Source of the DNA: Candidatus Poribacteria bacterium
GTDB lineage: Bacteria > Poribacteria > WGA-4E > WGA-3G
Assembly: GCA_965197475.1 (NCBI GenBank)
Contig: CBDANF010000003.1
Coordinates: 1,888,001 to 1,952,000, forward strand
DNA: 64,000 nucleotides
Direction: 5' to 3'
The notes below the pieces were generated by a model. It saw only the letters and a program-made list of their open reading frames with translations, did not search any database and was not told where the DNA came from. The translations under genes and the position numbers were made by a program. Of this stretch, positions 32,601 to 42,716 are shown piece by piece. The first letter of the stretch is position 1. Each line of letters begins with the position of its first letter.

Positions 32601-32853
32601 TACCTGGAGGTTTTGTCTCAATCCATCCCAAAGAAACCTCCCCACGCCGCACGAGGAAATCAGGTGCATTTCCTGCGATACGTTTAGGTTCGTTAGTAAT
32701 GCTGTAATTATTCGGAGGTGAAAAGTTTTGACTCCACTTATCTAAAAACTGCTGGAGGATAGGACGATAGGAATGCTCGGTTGCATTACCACTTTGGAAT
32801 GCAGTCTCAATTCTATTAAGATAGTCAGAAATTGTCATAATATACTTACCCAT
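29656..32853 (-). CDS. Single-chain restriction-modification enzyme (type IIG/IIL, type ISP-like C-terminal specificity domain)
   Basis: N-terminal PD...ExK nuclease, GVYYTP, LDPAAGTGTFL, NPPY, LNDDYVKF; no helicase motifs seen. Confidence 0.88.
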   Translation of the reverse strand: MGKYIMTISDYLNRIETAFQSGNATEHSYRPILQQFLDKWSQNFSPPNNYSITNEPKRIAGNAPDFLVRRGEVSLGWIETKPPGTGLDTEETSEQLQRYRRAFPNLILTDYLEFRLYSAGENCLSVRIADINDTDQRVIHQNTDDSEVSIFLTAFFGAEPPRIGKASDLARMLSGKAQLLKAAIDNLLKDTSNNELQNRLAAFREHLIADLSEADFADMMAQTITYSLFAARCHHTHGTFTRTNAIETLDEMNPFLSQLLWVSIQKLTQLHWIIDPITELLDLADMESIIADFGTEGRQAGPIIHFYEDFLSDYDPEIRRKRGVYYTPEPVVSYIVRSVDKVLTDQFNLSDGLAHTGKVDVNGTQLPKVQILDPAAGTGTFLRSVIAQIHHTIITSGMAGAWQEYVSKHLLQRLHGFERMVAPYTMCHLTLTHQLMQLGYNLKDGERLNVYLTDTLEARDPQEGLFTFLDEIAKEAESAATVKRDLPVMVIVKNPPYFGESDNNGEWIMGLLRGLDGDITTEDYFKVDGRDLDERNSKWLNDDYVKFIRFAQWRIARTGYGVLAFISNHGYLNNVTFRGMRQSLMETFDKIYILDLHGNKRTNEKPPDGGSDENVFKIQQGVSIGIFVKNVSGKLSPARIYHTELWGNREDKYNWLEANIIDTTPWKELTAISPNHLFVPHSESVSEEYERYWKLTDIFPLNNGGTITKRDKMVIDFEPEPILKRVNHFRNSTESNKELCRQLPIRMNKEWNIDKARETLRSEQDLNKHIQPFLYRPYDERFIFYHDALVARRTVKVMRHLLAGENVAMCVGRAGQAVGDAIWNLVSVSKRIANLNLFRRGGIVVFPLYSYGEQGGHRLHNLSQQYWEEVCRHLNYEIEHAAELRFIHHGKGDCNTTIGPADIFHYIYAILHAPGYRKRYADQLKIDFPHIPLTTNCSLFQKLVLLGEQLVESQLFQSEDVNLPSFPVTGNVHVEEIRWTEVDQRVWINLTQYFAPIPRDVWEFRVGGHQPARKWLKDRNSRTLSFDEIQHYRHICGALEKTLKVMEDIDNTIAEHGGWPLKNEA

Positions 32854-33871
32854 TAGCGAAAATAAGTCGTTGTCTATTTTGACATGGCAGGTTTATTGTC
32901 TGCCCAGTGATGCCGCTCTCAATAGTGGCAAAGCCGATTTCATTGACAGCAGTATAATCATCACCTGAACAATCGGGTGGTGGTCCACCGTCAAGATAGT
33001 CGGTAATTTGTTTATACGCCACCTTAAACGGACTTGCGTTTTCAGGGAGATCAAGGGTTGCATTGTCAATCAGTTTACCCTCTTTATGTACGGTTGTGCC
33101 GCTATAGAACCCTGCTTGAACTGTGCCTTCGCTACCAAGAACATCAACAGAAAATCCATCTCGGACACCATGTTTTCCGGCATGGAAACCAATAGCCCCG
33201 CTTTCAAACTGGATAGTTGAACCGACGATTGCAGGTTCAGGTTCGTAAGGTTCTGGCACATCCCTGCCCCCTTCAACGAAACCAGTGACCGAAACAGGGT
33301 CGTATCCAGCGAACTGACAAATCATGTCCGTAGTGTGTATAGAAAAGGATAGTACGCCACCACCACAATAGCTGATAACGCTCTGCCCCTCACCAATGAG
33401 TCCGTCCTTAATCAGCGATTGTAGACGAATCAGATGCGGTCCCCAATGGCGCGTATAGTCAACAACGATTGGAATGCCTTTTGCGTCAGCACCCGCTGTC
33501 ATTGTGTCTGTTTCCTCAAGTGAACACCCTGCGGGTTTTTCAAGAAAGATGGCTTTGATGTCTGCTCTCAAGACGTTCTGCATCACTTGAAAATGGTGAG
33601 GTCCTCGCACACAGACAGCTACGATGTCTAACTTTTCACTTTCCAGCATCTGGATGTCTGTTTCGTAGTAATTGATGGAATTGTCTGGGAAACCTGGTCC
33701 CCACGTTCTCTTAAAGTCTGCTTGGCGTTCAACAGACATATCTGCGACTGCTACCAGTTCGGTTGTTTCACAAAAACGGATGCCGCCTGCATGGCAATAG
33801 GGGTAGGCATCATCTGGTGTTGAATAGCGGGCGGCGATACTGCCTAACCCGATAATACCGACACGACACAT
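32846..33871 (-). CDS. Gfo/Idh/MocA oxidoreductase
   Basis: GIIGLG, LEKP. Confidence 0.9.
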   Translation of the reverse strand: MCRVGIIGLGSIAARYSTPDDAYPYCHAGGIRFCETTELVAVADMSVERQADFKRTWGPGFPDNSINYYETDIQMLESEKLDIVAVCVRGPHHFQVMQNVLRADIKAIFLEKPAGCSLEETDTMTAGADAKGIPIVVDYTRHWGPHLIRLQSLIKDGLIGEGQSVISYCGGGVLSFSIHTTDMICQFAGYDPVSVTGFVEGGRDVPEPYEPEPAIVGSTIQFESGAIGFHAGKHGVRDGFSVDVLGSEGTVQAGFYSGTTVHKEGKLIDNATLDLPENASPFKVAYKQITDYLDGGPPPDCSGDDYTAVNEIGFATIESGITGQTINLPCQNRQRLIFANG

Positions 33872-34319
33872 TGGAATTGCTCCTTTTTTGATGGGTTGTT
33901 AAGAGAGTAGCATAAATAGGGTAAATAGGCAAGGGGTATAAAAATTTTGTCATCTGAATTCTGGATTACACGAATTATGGGGAAATCGTGACTGGGAGGT
34001 AGTTCCTACAAAGAGGCGCAATAAATTGCGCGATTACAAACGCGGCGTATTTTAAAATCGGGCTTACAAAGCCCTCCCATAAGGGATATTTCACATATCA
34101 AGCTTATAAGGATATTTCACATATCAAGCTTACAAAGCCCTCCTACAAGAGTGGTTCGTGAGAATTGAATGGCTCTGAATAGATTTCTAAATGTTTTTGG
34201 CATAGAACTGGGAAATATGATATAATAAGATGGATATATCAATTTTGTGATTTTGGCGCATGGAACGCACAAGGACTCGTTCTATTGTGCGGACAGACAC
34301 ATCTCTACAGGAGGGAGAT

Positions 34320-35027
34320 ATGTCGGAAACAAATTTGAAACAGCGTATCCGTGATGGTGAGCATATCTTTGGGGCTTCAGTTTCAATGACAATAGATCGT
34401 GACAGTCTTGCTGAAAAAGTTGAACAAGGCGGTTACGATTTTGTCGCTGTAGATAGTCAACATTCTGCGTACAATGAAGATAGACTTGTCGCATTCTGCA
34501 ACATGGCAGACGAATTGGATATCCCCGTTAACTTTCGGATAAAACATACCCGAAATGCCTATCTCATCGGCAACTACCTCGACCTCGGTCCCTCTGGCGT
34601 AGAAGTGCCACAGGTTGAATTGGAGACGACGGTAGATGAAGCGGTTGCTGCGTTCTACTATCCGCAGCAAGGTATACGAAGTTGGGGTGGTGCGGCACGG
34701 AAAAATTCAGCAGATAGGGAACGGCTTGAATACGCTGACTGGTGGAATAATTACGGTATGCTCTGGATGCAGATTGAGTCAATAGAGGCTGTAACACACG
34801 CGCGAAGGCTTGCGAAGGCAGGTGTGGATTGCCTTTCCTTTGGTCCTACAGATTTGACGTTTAGCATGGAGAGCCATCCGAATCACGCACTTCAAACAGT
34901 AGATGCCTGTGTGCAGTATGTCGCCAATGAACTGGAAGGGAGCTCAACTGCTGTCTGCTTTAGAAACGGCAACCCAAGTACGCGTGAAAAGTATGCGGAT
35001 ATGGGTGTTACTGTCTTTTTAGAATAG
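34320..35027 (+). CDS. HpcH/HpaI aldolase family protein
   Basis: DSQH, LDLG, VPQVE, MQIES, FGPTDL; GGGAG RBS. Confidence 0.88.
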   Translation: MSETNLKQRIRDGEHIFGASVSMTIDRDSLAEKVEQGGYDFVAVDSQHSAYNEDRLVAFCNMADELDIPVNFRIKHTRNAYLIGNYLDLGPSGVEVPQVELETTVDEAVAAFYYPQQGIRSWGGAARKNSADRERLEYADWWNNYGMLWMQIESIEAVTHARRLAKAGVDCLSFGPTDLTFSMESHPNHALQTVDACVQYVANELEGSSTAVCFRNGNPSTREKYADMGVTVFLE

Positions 35028-35035
35028 TCTAAAAA

Positions 35036-36430
35036 ATGTTATATTATGGACTTGTAAGCACAGCGATAGCTGAAGATAGGCAGGAATTACGAGATGGCAT
35101 GCGCCTTTTAGCAAAAATGGCGCATAAATACAATATTCCGATTACGTGGGCAATCGTTGCTGATACAGCGCAATTTCTGTCAAAGGATCTGACTGAGTGG
35201 CATAACGAGTTTGGAGACGAACCTTTGCTGATGCTGGATATCAAGTCGTTATGGGAGACAAACTGGGCTGCAATCACTGAACAACCTATATCAGACAGCG
35301 AAAATATAAATACGCTGCAGGCATCCGCTTCACCGGAAGTCATAGCGGAGCATCTCGTGAAAATGCGGGAAATTTTACCACAGTATATCAGGACAGAATG
35401 GAAAAAAATTGAGCGTGCAATACCGTGGACAGTGCCGAGTGTGGTAGGCGCAGAATGGAAAAACCGTGTTTTAGTTCATGCGCTGGAACAAGTCGGTTTC
35501 CGTGGATTGTGGGATTATCGCTGGGACGAACGTGGTTCAGTAGCAGAGGTTGATCGTGGCTGCCCGTTTGGATGTTTTTATCCGTCAGCAGAGCAACATA
35601 ATTTTAGCGCGCCTGCTGCGGGGAGTATCACTGGCATTCCTTATCAGACCGCAGCCCACCTTGATGATGAAGTGGATAACCTTCGTGCCGCACTAATAAA
35701 TGACACAATTCAAAAGAATTACAATGTCTATGTAGAAAATGAGAAATGGAATCGGTGGCTCAGTTATGTGGAACATATCAACGCTTTGGAGGTTACACAG
35801 TTAGGACAGGAAACATTAGAGAAACTTGATGCATACTTGGCACACGTAGGAAGCAATGAAAGGACGAAATTGTTACCGCTCTCTGAAATCGTTGATGATT
35901 ATTGGACAAGTTGTCAACAGACTGAGCCAACGTTCATAATTGCTACTACTTATGACTCTCAAAATAACTTTGAATCTGTGGACACAGGTTTAGCTGCATC
36001 AGATGAAAAAGCATCAACAGATCGAAATGGGAAAAAGGTGTTTTTCTACTATGACGCTGAGTGTCAGTTCACCTTTTTAGAAGGCACGCTGGAACCAGTT
36101 GACATGAAAAACTATATCTCACCGCCGGTTTTGGAAAATGTTGGGGTGGAAATTTCACATCAGAGTGCGTCTATTCACGGCATTGAGTATTATTTACCGA
36201 AGGTAGTGGGCTTTAGACCTAATAGAAAACGTTCGCGATTGCATGTCACTTTTACAATTGAATCTACTAAAGCGATGCCTTACGGTGTAGCGATATGGGG
36301 CAACCACCTCGGTTTGCAATTAGCAAATTCTAATGCCGAGGTAGTTACATGGGTGGATAAACATTTGCTTTTTGTCCGTGTTGCGTTGAAACAAGGGAAC
36401 AACGAATTTGAAATCGTCCTAACAATATGA
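35036..36430 (+). CDS. Hypothetical protein, possible deacetylase/glycoside-hydrolase-like barrel
   Basis: 464-aa ORF in operon context; IPITWA and RGCPFGCFYPS motifs. Confidence 0.7.
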   Translation: MLYYGLVSTAIAEDRQELRDGMRLLAKMAHKYNIPITWAIVADTAQFLSKDLTEWHNEFGDEPLLMLDIKSLWETNWAAITEQPISDSENINTLQASASPEVIAEHLVKMREILPQYIRTEWKKIERAIPWTVPSVVGAEWKNRVLVHALEQVGFRGLWDYRWDERGSVAEVDRGCPFGCFYPSAEQHNFSAPAAGSITGIPYQTAAHLDDEVDNLRAALINDTIQKNYNVYVENEKWNRWLSYVEHINALEVTQLGQETLEKLDAYLAHVGSNERTKLLPLSEIVDDYWTSCQQTEPTFIIATTYDSQNNFESVDTGLAASDEKASTDRNGKKVFFYYDAECQFTFLEGTLEPVDMKNYISPPVLENVGVEISHQSASIHGIEYYLPKVVGFRPNRKRSRLHVTFTIESTKAMPYGVAIWGNHLGLQLANSNAEVVTWVDKHLLFVRVALKQGNNEFEIVLTI

Positions 36431-36570
36431 AATCAGTCAGAGATACTTTTGTAAGAAATACATATCACCACTAATGCCAGAGCCATTCAATTGTCGCAAA
36501 GCACTCTTATAGGAGGGCTTTGCTGTTAATATTTACACATCTTACTGAAATTATAATATTTGGAGGCAAA

Positions 36571-37803
36571 ATGGAAAAAGTTTTAGGCTTAAAATGCCGC
36601 GAATGTGAACGCGAGTATCCTAAGGAGCCGCTTCATGTTTGCGAGTTCTGTTTCGGTCCATTAGAGGTAAACTATAATTACGAGGCGATTCAAAAATCGA
36701 TCTCAAGACGCTCAATTGAGCAGGGACCCGAAAGTTTATGGAGATACATTGATCTGTTGCCGATTGATGGTGAACCGACAGACGGACTCAACTCTGGTTG
36801 GACACCTTTAATTCATGCAAAGAATCTTGGCGATGCGCTTGGTGTTAAGGAACTCTATATAAAAGACGATTCTGTGTGTCATCCGACACTTTCTTTCAAG
36901 GACCGGGTGGTAGCGATCGCTTTGAGCAAATCTAAAGAATTCGATTTTGACACAGTGTCGTGTGCGTCCACAGGCAACTTAGCTAATTCAGTCGCTGCGC
37001 ATGCTGCTATCGCAAATCTGAACTGTTACATTTTTATTCCTGCCGACTTAGAACATGGCAAAGTAGTTGCTTCATTGGTTTACGCACCGACAGTCGTAGG
37101 CATTATGGGGACTTATGACGAAGTGAACCGTTTGTGTAGCGAGATTGCCGGTGTCTATCCGTGGGCATTTGTAAACATTAATATCCGTCCGTATTACGCA
37201 GAAGGTTCAAAGACACTCTGCTTTGAATTGGTTGAACAACTCGGTTGGGAAGCACCGGATCATATCATTGCCCCAGCCGCTGGCGGGTCACTCGTCACAA
37301 AGATCGGCAAGGCACTAAAAGAATTTCACCTATTGGGTTTGATTGATAAACCGAGGACTAAAATTCATGTCGCGCAGGCAGAAGGTTGCGGTCCGATTGT
37401 GAATACTTACAAGGAAAATAGTGATTTTGTCAAACCGGTGAAACCGGACACGATTGCCAAATCCCTTGCAATTGGAAATCCCGCAGACGGTATCTATGCC
37501 GTGGATACAGTTCGGAATTCTGGCGGTGCAGGGGAGCATGCGACTGATGACGAAATCGTTGAAGCAATTCAACTACTTGCTGCTACTGAAGGTATTTTCA
37601 CTGAGACAGCGGGTGGCGTGACGCTTGCTGCAACCAAAAAACTCATTGAGAGTGGACATATCGGTTGTGATGAAAGGGTTGTTGTGGCTATAACGGGCAA
37701 CGGCTTTAAAACGATAGAAGCACTTGAGAATAAAACGGATGAGCCGCATATTATCGCGCCACAACTCAATGCCTTTCGGAAACTGATGGCGAACATTGAA
37801 TAA
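36571..37803 (+). CDS. thrC: Threonine synthase (PLP fold II)
   Basis: PTLSFKDR, ASTGN, EGSKT, ITGNGFK; N-terminal CxxC pairs. Confidence 0.88.
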   Translation: MEKVLGLKCRECEREYPKEPLHVCEFCFGPLEVNYNYEAIQKSISRRSIEQGPESLWRYIDLLPIDGEPTDGLNSGWTPLIHAKNLGDALGVKELYIKDDSVCHPTLSFKDRVVAIALSKSKEFDFDTVSCASTGNLANSVAAHAAIANLNCYIFIPADLEHGKVVASLVYAPTVVGIMGTYDEVNRLCSEIAGVYPWAFVNINIRPYYAEGSKTLCFELVEQLGWEAPDHIIAPAAGGSLVTKIGKALKEFHLLGLIDKPRTKIHVAQAEGCGPIVNTYKENSDFVKPVKPDTIAKSLAIGNPADGIYAVDTVRNSGGAGEHATDDEIVEAIQLLAATEGIFTETAGGVTLAATKKLIESGHIGCDERVVVAITGNGFKTIEALENKTDEPHIIAPQLNAFRKLMANIE

Positions 37804-37853
37804 TCTTTTTAATTTAGAGCTTTAACGCATTACCGTTCGCGGAGAATCATAGT

Positions 37854-38423
37854 ATGACGCATTTGGAAACGCACGACCCTTTGCAGGATATATCCATTCC
37901 AGCACCTGGCACGATGACGTTAGAGGAATTCCTTGAGAACGATGTAGAAGGGTATGAATATGTGAAAGGAGAATTAATTCCTATGGCTGCAGCCTCAAGG
38001 AGACATGGTAGAATAAGTGTAAATATCCTACGGTATTTAGATCCGCAGGTCTATGAAAATAACCTGGGAGAATTGTATACATCAGAAACATCATTTAAGG
38101 TTGGAGAACGTGTGCTAAAACCGGATGTTGCGTTTGTTGCATCAGAACGGTTGGATGTAGACGAAGACAAAGGACTACCGATACCACCTGACCTTGCAAT
38201 TGAGGTGGTTTCTCCTTCAGATATTCATTCTCGTGTCATTGGAAAGGCACTTGTTTATCTGGATGCAGGCACACGCTGCGTTTGGATTGTTGACCCCGTA
38301 TCAAAAACCGTGACGGTGTATAAATCTGAGACAAACATCAAGACACTTACGCGTGAAGATACACTTACTGGGGATGATGTAGTCCCGGGTTTTTCCTGTC
38401 CGGTTGCACAACTGTTTGAGTAG
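37854..38423 (+). CDS. Uma2-family endonuclease-like protein
   Basis: KPDVAF, PPDLAIEVVSPS, WIVDP. Confidence 0.92.
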   Translation: MTHLETHDPLQDISIPAPGTMTLEEFLENDVEGYEYVKGELIPMAAASRRHGRISVNILRYLDPQVYENNLGELYTSETSFKVGERVLKPDVAFVASERLDVDEDKGLPIPPDLAIEVVSPSDIHSRVIGKALVYLDAGTRCVWIVDPVSKTVTVYKSETNIKTLTREDTLTGDDVVPGFSCPVAQLFE

Positions 38424-38433
38424 TGATAAGAAT

Positions 38434-40704
38434 ATGGAAACACTTACCGGCATTCTTGAACGGATTGTTTTTGAAAATCCTGATTCAGGGTTTACTATCG
38501 GCAGGTTTTCTGCTCGTGGTAATCCCGAACTCGTCACCATCGTAGGCAACTTAGCGTCTGTCAATGCGGGTGAGAGTTTGTTGCTTAAAGGGGAATGGAT
38601 AAACAATCCGAAATACGGTATGCAGTTTCAGATTGATAGGTATGAAACTATCCAGCCAGCGAACGTTGTCGGGATAAAAAAATACCTCGGTTCTGGGTTG
38701 ATTAGTGGTATCGGTCCTAAGATGGCATCGCGAATTGTTAACCGATTCGGTATGAACACAATTGATGTGATTGAGCAGCAACCTGAAAAATTGGCGGGAG
38801 TCCCTGGAATTGGTCGGAAGCGCGTTAAAATGATCCAGCAAGCGTGGGAGGAACAGCGTGAGATAAAAAATGTCATGCTTTTTCTGCAATCACATGACGT
38901 GAGCACAGCGCATGCTGCAAAAATTTACAAGACATATCAAAATGAAGCTATCCCAATTGTTACCGAAAATCCTTACCGTCTTGCCGATGATATTTACGGT
39001 ATCGGGTTTGTCACAGCGGATACGATCGCACAAAAACTTGGCATCAATAAAGACGCACCGCATCGGGTGCAAGCCGGAATCAAATACGTCCTTAGCCAAA
39101 AAGCGGATGACGGACACGTTTTTCAACACTACCCTGAATTGATTGAGTCATGTCAAGATATTCTTGAACAGACACCGGAGGCAGTTGAGGCAGGCATTCT
39201 TGAACTGACGAAAAAAGAGGAAATCATCCTTTCGCAAAAAGATGACCCAGCAGAAACCGTCACTGAGTCAGGTGTTGGGCTAAAAGATTATATCAGCGAA
39301 GAAAATAGCGAATACACGGAAGAAGACGTTGCGGCAGCGGAACCCTTCAGCAGCCCAAGTGCTGTTTATCTTGCCCCCTTTTATTACGCTGAGATAGGCA
39401 TCGCAAATCAGTTTTTAAGACTACTATCAAAGGCAAAACAAAACACACCTCAATTGAACATTGACGCATCGCTAACGCAGTTAGAAAAAGAGATGGACAT
39501 CCAATTTGCGCCTCAGCAACGGGAGGCAATTCGGACTGCACTTACGGAACGTGTGATGATTCTCACAGGAGGACCAGGAACAGGCAAAACCACAACAACA
39601 GTCGGTATGATTCAGTTGTTTGAGGCAGAAAGGCGGCGTATCGTTTTGGCTGCGCCGACAGGACGCGCGGCGAAACGGCTCAGTGAAACAACAGGGAGAG
39701 AAGCGAAAACAATACACCGTCTACTTGAATTTTCACCACAAAATAACGGGTTCAAACGTAATCGGCAGAATCCTTTGGATGCGGATGTTGTGATTGTAGA
39801 TGAGATGTCAATGGTGGAACTTGTCTTGATGAATAGTCTTATGCAGGCAATCCGGCAAGATACTACCGTCGTCCTTATCGGTGATACGGATCAACTTCCA
39901 TCTGTTGGTGCAGGTAATGTGCTAAAATCTCTAATTGATTCACAAAAGATACCGGTTGTCAAACTCACCGAAATTTTCCGGCAAGCACAAGAGAGCATGA
40001 TTGTCATGAATGCACATCGGATTAACACGGGAGAGTTCCCGAAGTTTTCCGGTCCAAAAGATAGGAACTTTTTCTTTATTGAGGAAGAAGACCCTGAATC
40101 GGCAGTCAACCTAATTTCTTCTCTGATTGCAGAAAGACTACCCGGCCATTACAACTATCATCCTATAGACGATATTCAGCTGCTATGTCCGATGCGGCGC
40201 GGTACCCTCGGTGCTGAAAACCTTAACAAATGCCTACAAGATGTGCTCAACCCGAACACAGATCAAGTTGTGAGAAGTTGGCAAGCTTTTCGCCTCGGTG
40301 ATAAGGTTATGCAGGTGCGTAATAACTACGATTATGAGGTGTTTAATGGGGATATCGGACGGATCGTCGAAATTGAACCGGTTGACAAGGAGGTACGGAT
40401 TAGATTTCCTGATAAACTGGTAGCGTACGATATGGCAGACCTAAACGAACTCGTCTTGGCGTACGCAACGACTATCCATAAGGCACAAGGTAGTGAGTAT
40501 TCCGCAGTTGTCATACCTTTACACACCCAACACTATTTGATGTTACAGCGGAATCTACTTTATACAGGTATCACGCGTGCGAAAGAACTCGTGGTGATTG
40601 TTGGCACCAAAAAAGCACTTAATATCTGTATCAATAATAATCAGGTGATGTGGCGCAACAGTTACCTCGCCGCACGTATCCAAAACAATATAAGCGAGTT
40701 CTAA
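38434..40704 (+). CDS. recD2: ATP-dependent RecD2-like DNA helicase
   Basis: HhH repeats, GGPGTGKT, DEMSM, GDTDQL, TIHKAQGSE, LYTGITRA. Confidence 0.95.
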   Translation: METLTGILERIVFENPDSGFTIGRFSARGNPELVTIVGNLASVNAGESLLLKGEWINNPKYGMQFQIDRYETIQPANVVGIKKYLGSGLISGIGPKMASRIVNRFGMNTIDVIEQQPEKLAGVPGIGRKRVKMIQQAWEEQREIKNVMLFLQSHDVSTAHAAKIYKTYQNEAIPIVTENPYRLADDIYGIGFVTADTIAQKLGINKDAPHRVQAGIKYVLSQKADDGHVFQHYPELIESCQDILEQTPEAVEAGILELTKKEEIILSQKDDPAETVTESGVGLKDYISEENSEYTEEDVAAAEPFSSPSAVYLAPFYYAEIGIANQFLRLLSKAKQNTPQLNIDASLTQLEKEMDIQFAPQQREAIRTALTERVMILTGGPGTGKTTTTVGMIQLFEAERRRIVLAAPTGRAAKRLSETTGREAKTIHRLLEFSPQNNGFKRNRQNPLDADVVIVDEMSMVELVLMNSLMQAIRQDTTVVLIGDTDQLPSVGAGNVLKSLIDSQKIPVVKLTEIFRQAQESMIVMNAHRINTGEFPKFSGPKDRNFFFIEEEDPESAVNLISSLIAERLPGHYNYHPIDDIQLLCPMRRGTLGAENLNKCLQDVLNPNTDQVVRSWQAFRLGDKVMQVRNNYDYEVFNGDIGRIVEIEPVDKEVRIRFPDKLVAYDMADLNELVLAYATTIHKAQGSEYSAVVIPLHTQHYLMLQRNLLYTGITRAKELVVIVGTKKALNICINNNQVMWRNSYLAARIQNNISEF

Positions 40705-40829
40705 CGCAAATGACTTAGAAGCAATGGAAACATTATCAATAACGTGAGTTCGAAATAAGGAATCAAGTGTAGGCACGCCTACAAAGTGGAATCAAGTTAA
40801 TTTGATTTCATACATAGAAGGAGAAAAAT

Positions 40830-42371
40830 ATGAAAATAGTGGTCATGATTCTTATCAGTTCCGTACTATTCTTCTTGCAAACATTCGCGTTTGCCGAGGT
40901 TAAACTACCGCGTGTTTTCGGTAATAACATGGTGTTACAACGGGATATGCCTGCTCCGATTTGGGGTTGGGCAGCTCCAGGTGAAGCAATTACTATTGCT
41001 TTAAGTAAGCAAGATGCTGACAGTGAAATTGACACATATATAGTAAAAGCTGATGAAAAAGGAAATTGGCGGGCAGTGCTTCAAGCCACACCCACAGGGG
41101 GTCCATATACGCTTAATGTTGTTGGTAATAACGTTATCAAACTTACAAATATCCTTTTTGGTGAAGTGTGGGTTTGTTCCGGACAGTCAAATATGCAGTG
41201 GACGGTTAACGCATCAAATGACAGTCAGGCGGAAATCGCCGCCGCAGATTATCCGAATATCCGATTGTTCAATATTCCCAATATCTCTTCCGGGCTACCG
41301 AAATTGGATGTTAACACTGAATGGAGACCAACTTCACCAGATACAATCAGACACTTCTCAGCTGTGGCATACTATTTTGGTAGACATCTCCACAAAGAAC
41401 TTGATGTACCAATTGGTTTAATTAACACTTCATGGGGTGGAACACGGATTGAACCTTGGACACCGCCGGAAGGATTCGAGACAGTTCCTGCACTTTCATC
41501 AATATCAGAAGAACTCAAGGATATTGACGATAACTATAGGATGCAGCTTGGAGAGAAGATCAAGGAAATTGAAGACTGGATTGCACAAACACGAGATGCA
41601 TTGGAAAGCGATGATGTTATCCGTCAGATGCCAGAGAATAGTCATCCTTTGACACCTCATCAAAGCCCGACAGCACTTTACAACAGCATGGTACATCCAT
41701 TTGTGCCTTTCGCAATTCGTGGTGCGCTTTGGTATCAAGGCGAATCAAATATGGGTGAAGGTATGATGTACCATGAGAAGATGAAGGCACTGATAAACGG
41801 ATGGCGCAAGGTCTGGGGACAGGGAGATTTCCCATTCTATTTTGTTCAACTTGCACCTCACAACTATAGTGGTGACCGGCATAATGCGACTCGTCTTCCA
41901 AGATTCTGGGAGGCACAAACTGCAACGTTGGCATTGCCAAATACGGGTATGGTGGTAATAACAGACGTTGGTAACATTAGAGACATTCATCCGCGAAATA
42001 AACAGGATGTAGGCTTGAGACTTGCATTGTGGGCACTCGCTAAAGATTATGGCAAAACGGATCTTGTCCATTCTGGACCTCTCTACAAATCCATGAAGGT
42101 TGAAGGTAACAAAATCAGGCTCAGTTTTGACCATGTTGGTGGGGGTTTGATGGCAAGGGATGAAAAACCGCTTAACTGGTTTCAAATTGCTGGTGAAGAT
42201 AAGCAATTTGTTGAAGCGGTGGCAGAAGTAGACGGGAATACGGTGGTTGTGTCAAGTGATTCGGTTGAGTCACCTGTCGCTGTGAGGTTCGGTTGGCATG
42301 AGATTGCAGAACCAAATCTTGTGAATAAGGAAGGTTTACCCGCTTCACCGTTCCGTACTGATTCGTGGTAG
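40830..42371 (+). CDS. Sialate O-acetylesterase
   Basis: CSGQSNM, WYQGES, DIHP, PASPFRTD; signal peptide. Confidence 0.93.
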   Translation: MKIVVMILISSVLFFLQTFAFAEVKLPRVFGNNMVLQRDMPAPIWGWAAPGEAITIALSKQDADSEIDTYIVKADEKGNWRAVLQATPTGGPYTLNVVGNNVIKLTNILFGEVWVCSGQSNMQWTVNASNDSQAEIAAADYPNIRLFNIPNISSGLPKLDVNTEWRPTSPDTIRHFSAVAYYFGRHLHKELDVPIGLINTSWGGTRIEPWTPPEGFETVPALSSISEELKDIDDNYRMQLGEKIKEIEDWIAQTRDALESDDVIRQMPENSHPLTPHQSPTALYNSMVHPFVPFAIRGALWYQGESNMGEGMMYHEKMKALINGWRKVWGQGDFPFYFVQLAPHNYSGDRHNATRLPRFWEAQTATLALPNTGMVVITDVGNIRDIHPRNKQDVGLRLALWALAKDYGKTDLVHSGPLYKSMKVEGNKIRLSFDHVGGGLMARDEKPLNWFQIAGEDKQFVEAVAEVDGNTVVVSSDSVESPVAVRFGWHEIAEPNLVNKEGLPASPFRTDSW

Positions 42372-42501
42372 AGGCTTATCCTGTAACTCAGTAGGCGCGG
42401 TTTCAAACTGCGCCGACTACTGCTTTGTCAAAACTTAAATGAGGGGTGTGCATAATTATTTGGCGTATTAAAAGCTACTATTGTTACTGAAAGTTTACAT
42501 C

Positions 42502-42574
42502 GTAGGTCGGGTAGAGCTTGCGAAACCCGACATATACCAGACGTGTCGGGTTTCGCAAGCTCTACCCGACCTAC
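42502..42574. repeat. Long perfect inverted repeat (REP pair)
   Basis: GTAGGTCGGGTAGAGCTTGCGAAACCCGACA and its reverse complement; relatives at 50551-50699 and 61290-61355. Confidence 0.85.
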
Positions 42575-42716
42575 AGGTGGTTATATTGAAATGTGAAAAA
42601 TATAGCAGAAAGCCGAAAACTAAATAACCCTGTAAACAGACGAAACGAATTGATATTTATTTGCGGACATGATATAATATAAAAAACACTGTAAGGTAGT
42701 ATGCAGAAGTAGGAAA

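Noticed and set aside
34060-34150. Tandem GGATATTTCACATATCAAGCTTA duplication as an operator pair
   Set aside because: Better explained as a slippage duplication among REP-like repeats
36440-36570. SAM riboswitch upstream of threonine synthase
   Set aside because: Only a short CTCTTAT resemblance; the core SAM-I elements were not found
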